A stretch of DNA of 26,304 bases from a virus. Taxonomy: Duplodnaviria > Caudoviricetes. Each line of letters begins with the position of its first letter. Positions within the stretch are counted from its first letter, which is position 1. The position numbers were made by a program, and so were the translations under genes. Where the stretch lies: the IMG/VR virus record IMGVR_UViG_3300022217_000045, positions 1 through 26,304 of that record; one strand, 5' to 3'. Under the pieces are notes generated by a model. It made no database searches. It was not told the DNA's origin and saw only the letters and a program-made list of their open reading frames with translations. This document shows, one piece after another, positions 25,576 to 26,304 of the stretch.

Positions 25576-25637
25576 AGATAACCATGCGCTGCACTTGGAA
25601 ACGGCTTACGCCGTTCCAGTGATCTTGTTTGTTAGCC
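25576..25637 (+). repeat. attC-like site 4 (62 bp)
   Basis: AGATAAC-N5-GCTGCACT...ACGGC/GCCGT...AGTGATC-N6-GTTAGCC. Confidence 0.8.
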
Positions 25638-25859
25638 GCCACATAATTTAATAAGTTCGCCTATTCCAGCATTAGCTTTAGCGGCTCTATAATCAATATA
25701 TTCTTGTGTTGTTTGCAATCGTCCCTGCATTCTCTTCCTGTCACACGATAAAGCCTCCCACCGTTCACGCCACCTATGAAGAACTTTATAGCGGCTAACC
25801 ATGCGCTGCTTTTCGACGGCAGTTAGCTCCTTCTTCTCGCTTTGTGCATCTTCTTTCAT
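25632..25859 (-). CDS. cassette 5 ORF: hypothetical protein starting inside attC 5
   Basis: GGGAGG RBS inside the attC; stop lies within GTTA 25631. Confidence 0.55.
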   Translation of the reverse strand: MKEDAQSEKKELTAVEKQRMVSRYKVLHRWRERWEALSCDRKRMQGRLQTTQEYIDYRAAKANAGIGELIKLCGG

Positions 25860-25913
25860 CAGTCGTTTCCTCCCTTGTTATGTCTCAAGCCGCGCAAGAG
25901 CTTTTTGTTATAA
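25793..25913 (+). repeat. attC-like site 5 (long, 121 bp)
   Basis: GGCTAAC-CATGC-GCTGCTTT...CAAGAGC-TTTTT-GTTATAA; shares TAACCATGCGCTGC with site 4. Confidence 0.7.
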
Positions 25914-26099
25914 AACTTCTATGCTTATAAAGTCTTCCTTTGATTTGGCTTTTATTTCTTCGCAGAATTCCTTGCTTCCTAGCTGGTGTGTGAAAATTGG
26001 CCCTTCCATTATTTCTTCAATGTATTCGTGCATGTCTGAAAAATCTCCTATCAAAACGCCTGTAAATGCACTTACAATCGCTGCCTCTCTTTTCGTCAT
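25908..26099 (-). CDS. cassette 6 ORF: conserved small phage protein (MTKREAAIVSAFTG...PIFTH)
   Basis: GGAGG RBS; motif resembles a widespread small phage protein family; stop lies within GTTA 25907. Confidence 0.7.
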   Translation of the reverse strand: MTKREAAIVSAFTGVLIGDFSDMHEYIEEIMEGPIFTHQLGSKEFCEEIKAKSKEDFISIEVL

Positions 26100-26126
26100 T
26101 GCAATGTCCTCCGTAAGATAAAAGTT

Positions 26127-26184
26127 TTATAACCCACCATTCCAGGCGACCGCTATCGCGGCTCCTGAATTTAATTGGTTGGGT
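26127..26184 (+). repeat. attC-like site 6 (58 bp)
   Basis: TTATAAC-CCACC-ATTCCAGG...CCGC/GCGG...CCTGAAT-N7-GTTGGGT; L''/L' pair perfectly after removing one base. Confidence 0.8.
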
Positions 26185-26186
26185 TG

Positions 26187-26303
26187 CTAGTTGTCCCAAC
26201 AACGGCACTCTCTTTTATACACATTTGTAGTTTCTGGCAAGGAACACAGCGGGCATACCATTACATCGTTTGGATATGTTGCCGGTTTGTACCAATCCCC
26301 ACG
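26187..26303 (-). CDS. cassette 7 ORF, partial (3' end; CPLC...CRC)
   Basis: Open frame from the window edge: RGDWYKPATYPNDVMVCPLCSLPETTNVYKRECRCWDN*. Confidence 0.5.
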   Translation of the reverse strand, partial: RGDWYKPATYPNDVMVCPLCSLPETTNVYKRECRCWDN

Positions 26304-26304
26304 T

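Larger units (their letters stand above)
24464..26304 (+). mobile_element. integron-type gene cassette array (CALIN-like), at least 6 complete cassettes, continuing past the window end
   Basis: Six attC-like sites; the GTT end opening each cassette is the reverse complement of the AAC end of its own attC. Confidence 0.85.

Noticed and set aside
24854-26121. + strand ORFs across the cassette array (24854, 25190, 25418, 25801)
   Set aside because: Most cross attC sites and they lack RBSs, whereas the - strand ORFs mostly have RBSs, show recognisable motifs and stop at the cassette boundaries
26178-26200. Tiny empty cassette GTTGGG...CCCAAC
   Set aside because: No L boxes follow the AAC, and it lies within the 3' end of the partial - strand ORF; a 6-bp match may be chance
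24464-26304. CRISPR array
   Set aside because: Period of 271-321 bp, non-identical repeats and spacers that are whole ORFs; no cas genes

Overview
AT-rich fragment of a tailed dsDNA phage or prophage, siphovirus-like (tail tube, tape measure, no sheath). On the + strand: small early genes, a tRNA-Tyr(GTA), an ERF/YqaJ recombination pair, then a complete morphogenesis operon. That operon runs terS, terL, portal, head genes, P22-like coat, neck, tube, -1 frameshifted tail chaperone, tape measure, two tail-tip proteins carrying three inserted five-repeat beta-propellers, four signal-peptide-bearing proteins in the fibre position and holin-like genes, and ends at a terminator near 23.5 kb. The convergent - strand accessory region has a full sigma-54 promoter (with IHF and enhancer-like sites). 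It also holds the most striking feature: a tandem array of at least six integron-type gene cassettes (24464-26304). Each has an attC-like site and matched core-site ends, and each carries a small phage-type ORF antisense to the attC polarity. No integrase is visible in the window. Protein family calls are from motif recognition by eye, not database searches.
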